The position numbers were made by a program, and so were the translations under genes. The notes under the pieces are model-generated. The model searched no databases and had not been told where the DNA came from. It was given only the letters and a program-made list of their open reading frames with translations. A stretch of DNA of 63,643 bases, the filler included, from Globobulimina sp. (Eukaryota), in NCBI GenBank assembly GCA_003354225.1. It is 23 parts of 23 records of this genome, joined end to end, with 100 filler letters (N's around TTAATTAATTAA, not from the genome) between each part and the next. Parts side by side here need not be neighbours in the genome. Positions count along the whole stretch, not along the records: positions 58,206 to 60,874 come from PIVH01005437.1; positions 60,975 to 63,643 come from PIVH01005438.1; 21 more parts are not named here. One strand, given 5' to 3'. This document shows, piece by piece, positions 59,510 through 63,643 of this stretch (position 1 is the first letter of the stretch; every line of letters begins with the position of its first letter).

Positions 59510-60874
59510 TCATCAATTTCATCAGCGATAACAACAGAAGTAACAGCAGAAGCAATAAACGATGAGGTGAATGCAGTGCTATATCAATCAACTGCATCCT
59601 TCAAAGCAAAACATAAATAAACATTTTATGTACAATCATGTATCAATTCCATCAGCAATAACCAATAATTAAATGCAATAATGTATCAATTTCCTTTATA
59701 AAACTTTCATTTATATCATTATCAGCTGTCTCCATATTGATTTCTTAGTGTTTTGAAGATATCAACCATCTCAATATCAGCATCTTTTTGTTCGCCTTTG
59801 TTTCTTCCTCTTTTTGTTTGCAATCATTCTGTTTAAATCGTAAATATTTAGTTTGATTATTAAATGCCAATGTTCTTTGTTGCTTACCTCTGTCATGAAG
59901 GTCTTGCTGTATCGCATCAACAATCTCTCCCAAAAATAAATCCTTATTTCCCTCAATATTTGCAATCATTCTCTTAACAAACTCAATTCCAATTGCATTC
60001 AATTCCAATTGCAATCACCAACGGATTATGTATATTTTTTGCAAATTTTAATCTGCGCCCTTTCTCAGCTGTAAATCTTTTATAATAATAAGCAATAATA
60101 ACACTTACAAATACAAATAATGCGATTGGTCCAATCACCAAACCAAACTTAGCAGCGCTTGATAATGACTCCCATAATCCGCCATTTTCGGTATATCCAA
60201 TTCGAAAAATACTTTGACCGTAAACAGCTAAATCAATCATATTGGGCGTGAATGAAATTTCAAATGTTTTACCGTTCATTTTAGCATGTTTTAACTCAAA
60301 ATATTTCTGAGAATGGAAGGATTAGCATGTTTTAACAGAATGGAAGAATTGGAGCCTACATTATATGGCTGAATAACAACACGATATATTGCAAGTAACA
60401 TCATTGGAATTGTAAAATGTTCGTCATAAAGACCGCCTCCATCGATGCAAATTCCACAATGATCACCCAATGAAACATTAATTATTATATCTCCATCACT
60501 TAGACATACATCAAACGTTACATCGTATGTATCATTTAATAAAAATGAATATTGATGTGTGCCATACTGCCATTACTAATGACATTTGATGTGGTATCAC
60601 CACATCGTAGCTTATCCATTTGTTATAATGTTGTCGTGAAAGCCATCGTGTTGTGCGTAAATAGTAACACAGCTACTAAGTGCATGGTAAATAGTTTCAT
60701 TAATATTATCTATATTACAATGTAATTAATCAAATTATGTGAGAACCATAGCAAGAACTGGGAGTATAGTTTTAACGCTAACAAATGTAAACTCATGATC
60801 TACAACAATAAATTAAATAGATTCGATACTGAAATAACAAAAATGCATATTAATGAAAGAATTATTATCAATAA
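59510..60874 (-). pseudogene. Degraded single-TM protein gene
   Basis: Broken frames (59745-60014, 59983-60279) with short direct duplications (AATTCCAATTGCA x2 at about 59985-60013; TTAGCATGTTTTAAC and AGAATGGAAG x2 at about 60280-60346) and in-frame stops. Confidence 0.45.
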
Positions 60875-60974
60875 NNNNNNNNNNNNNNNNNNNNNNNNNN
60901 NNNNNNNNNNNNNNNNNNTTAATTAATTAANNNNNNNNNNNNNNNNNNNNNNNNNNNNNNNNNNNNNNNNNNNN

Positions 60975-63643
60975 GTAAAACTGCAATCGGATAATGCTTC
61001 ATTTGGTGTGAAATCGATCGGACATAGAAATTTGGATAAAACAATGAGAAGAAATAATCCATTACAAGAAAATGACGAAACGGATGGAACCTGTCGATTT
61101 AAGCAATTCTTTTTACAAAATTACAAACCACAAATCCAAGATATCTTATTCTTAAAAGCAAAGGAAGTTTACCATTCATTGCGCTTCAATTTTATGCAAT
61201 TATTAGAGTACGACATGAAATTAGCAGACTTCCTCATGACAAATCCCGACCGCGCACTGGAATGGGCAGACTCGGGCGTCTATGAAGCCCAAACTCAATT
61301 ATATAACCGCATAAACCCGAGCTATAAAAAAAAACAGCGAAATAGTTTCGACGACGACCCGCGGATTTCAGTCAAAGCAAAATGCAAAGCTCGGCTCAGC
61401 GGACAATTATTATATTCCTGTCGGACCCGACCAACTGTCTCCGACATCCGCTCCAAAGACGTTTCCACCATCATTCAAATCCGCGGCACCGTCATTCGAC
61501 AGTCAAGAGCCAAATTATTGGAAGCTTCGCGCAAATATTCCTGTTTACTCTGCAATTTTACATTCACAGTCAACGCGGACATCATCAATGAAAAAGACAT
61601 CGAATTCCCCAAAAACTGTCCCGATCCCAGTTGCAAATCGAGAAAATTCCAAGGCATCGCAGACAGTACGGAAGCCATTGATTTTCAGGAGATCCACCTT
61701 CAGGAACAAATACAGAAAATCGGTCTGGGCAAAATCCCGCGCTCCATTCGTGTGGTTCTGACGTGCGATCTATCCGATTCTTGCCAGCCCGGCGACGATG
61801 TGGAGATTATCGGCATTGTCCGCTATCATTGGAGTGGCGGGATGAAGAGCAAAAAAACAGACTCTCGCTTTGACGTTCAAATGTACATCGAAGCCATCTC
61901 ATTGTCACGAACCGATATTGTCTCCAGTTCGGATAAGCGGACGCATTTAAACTACACCTCCATATTCGACAAGTTCTGGCGGCAAAACGGCACAGTGACG
62001 CCAATACGAGCTCGCAATATGATTCTCGCGAATTTGTGTCCTCAGCTATGCGGTATGTACATCATCAAATTGGCAGTGGCGTTGACTATCATTGGCGGTC
62101 AGCCCCGCGAGGAATATGGCACTCTCATCCGGGGCCAATCGCATTTGTTATTGGTTGGAGATCCAGGCACCGGTAAGTCGCAATTGTTGCGTTATGCGGC
62201 ACGAATGTCGACGCGCAGTGTATTGACCACCGGGGTTGGGACCACCAGTGCTGGTTTGACGGTGTCCGCAGTCAAAGATGGTGGGGAATGGGTATTGGAA
62301 GCGGGTGCCTTGGTGCTTGCTGATGGCGGCATTTGTTGCATTGACGAGTTTGGCTCTGTTCGTGAACACGATCGGGGCGTCATTCATGAAGCTATGGAAC
62401 AACAAACTATCTCCGTAGCGAAAGGAGGATTTGTGTGTTCATTGAATTCGAGGACCACAGTGTTGGCAGCGATGAATCCGCCGCCTGCGGGTTTTGACGA
62501 GCACAGTGATTTATCATTGAACACCAATATGGCCACTAGTTTGCTGTCCAGGTTTGATGTGATTTTGTTGCTGTTGGACCAGAAGAATGATGGATGGGAT
62601 CGCAAAGTTGGGCAGCATTTAATGGATAATCTGTGCGAGCCGGTGTTTGTTAATATTGATTATCTGTATGATGGCGAACAGGGCACACCACAGCAACAGA
62701 CACCCCGTGACGCACAAACACCGTCGGAGGGTAAGGATAATTATAAGCGAAATCTAAATAGTCATCAACCAGAATGGAATTCGACTGCAGCGTTTGAACG
62801 AGACATGGCTCGTTTTGACGAGATGAGAGAAGACAGAGTTCATTGGACCATTGACCAAATGCAGGCATATTTTGCATTGATTCGGCAGAAAGTGGTGGTT
62901 TTTACTGATGCTGCAAAGAGGATATTAGCTGAATATTATCAGTTGCAAAGGAATAAGGAAATGAGGGACAAGTCTCGAACTACGATCCGTTTGCTGGAGA
63001 GTTTGATCCGTTTGGCAGAGGCACATTGCCGGCTAATGTATAGAGAACAGGTGCTGCCATTGGATGCCATCCAGGCGGTGTACTTGATGGAGAAATCGCT
63101 GTGTACTTCCAATTCGATATCAAATTATTCTGTGTTGCAAACTGTATTTCCAAGTAATGCGCAGGAATCGTATGATGGTGAAAGAGAAGTTATTTTATCG
63201 ACATTGTTTCCGAGGGAATGGGAGGAACATAAATGTACATTGTCAGAGTTGAAGGATGTTCAATTCGATTATAAACGAGATATAATTAACAGGGAATTGG
63301 CAGAGACCGAGGAATTGGTTGCAAATGAACCGGGCATGTTTGATGATGTTGATAATGATTTATTTGATTATTCGAATAAAGAAATAAGTCATGATAATGG
63401 TGTTCGTGATGTTAGAAATGATGAATTGGGCAAAGCAGTGACCGCATTGACCCCATTTACGCCACAAATGAACAATTTGAGTGAAAAGAATAATGATAAG
63501 ATTGTCGATAAGATTGGATCAGCTGGAGCAACAGTGTCAACTGAACAAAAATGTAAGTCAGCTGCAGGTACATTGGACACTGTTGATACACATATTGATA
63601 TTAATAGTAATCAGAGAAAGAGGACAAGACAAGACCTAATGGA
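60975..63643 (+). CDS. MCM9: DNA helicase MCM9, 3' partial (first ATG 61044)
   Basis: Manual translation gives RGTVIR, DFQEIHLQEQIQKIGLGKIPRSI, CPQLCGMYIIKLAVALTIIGG, RGQSHLLLVGDPGTGKSQLL, GTTSAGLTVSAVKDGGEWVLEAGALVLADGGICCIDEF, LLSRFD and TIRLLESLIRLAEAH. No stop was seen before the window end. Confidence 0.9.

Noticed and set aside
2675-60974. Regularly spaced identical TTAATTAATTAA repeats resembling a repeat array or CRISPR
   Set aside because: They are embedded in N runs and are artificial six-frame-stop linkers. No cas genes or repeat-spacer arrays were seen.

Overview
This window is not one locus. It is 23 unrelated contigs of about 2.67 kb, sorted by decreasing length (2674 to 2669 bp) and joined by 22 artificial 100-bp spacers (N44-TTAATTAATTAA-N44). 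Most contigs come from an AT-rich, gene-dense eukaryote with the standard genetic code, short (54-82 bp) spliceosomal introns and very tight head-to-head gene pairs. The gene repertoire (7TM/RGS proteins, TPR, Cys-rich surface proteins, poly-Asn tracts) resembles Foraminifera such as Reticulomyxa; this assignment is inference. Recognisable genes are GAA1, FHIT, CNOT1, ELL, MCM9 (absent from the ORF track), DNAI3/WDR63, endonuclease V, an ABCA NBD, a Ca-binding mitochondrial carrier, an SV2-like MFS and tRNA-Pro(CGG). One contig is bacteriophage (tape measure protein), two carry non-LTR retroelement ORFs, and three contig ends carry apparent prokaryotic fragments fused to host DNA (probable amplification chimeras). 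The most striking candidate is a host-style gene fusing a Cys-rich region to a GGDEF diguanylate-cyclase domain, head-to-head with an intron-containing gene, which suggests c-di-GMP synthesis in this protist. It is truncated before the GG(D/E)EF motif. All calls are by eye; no searches were run.
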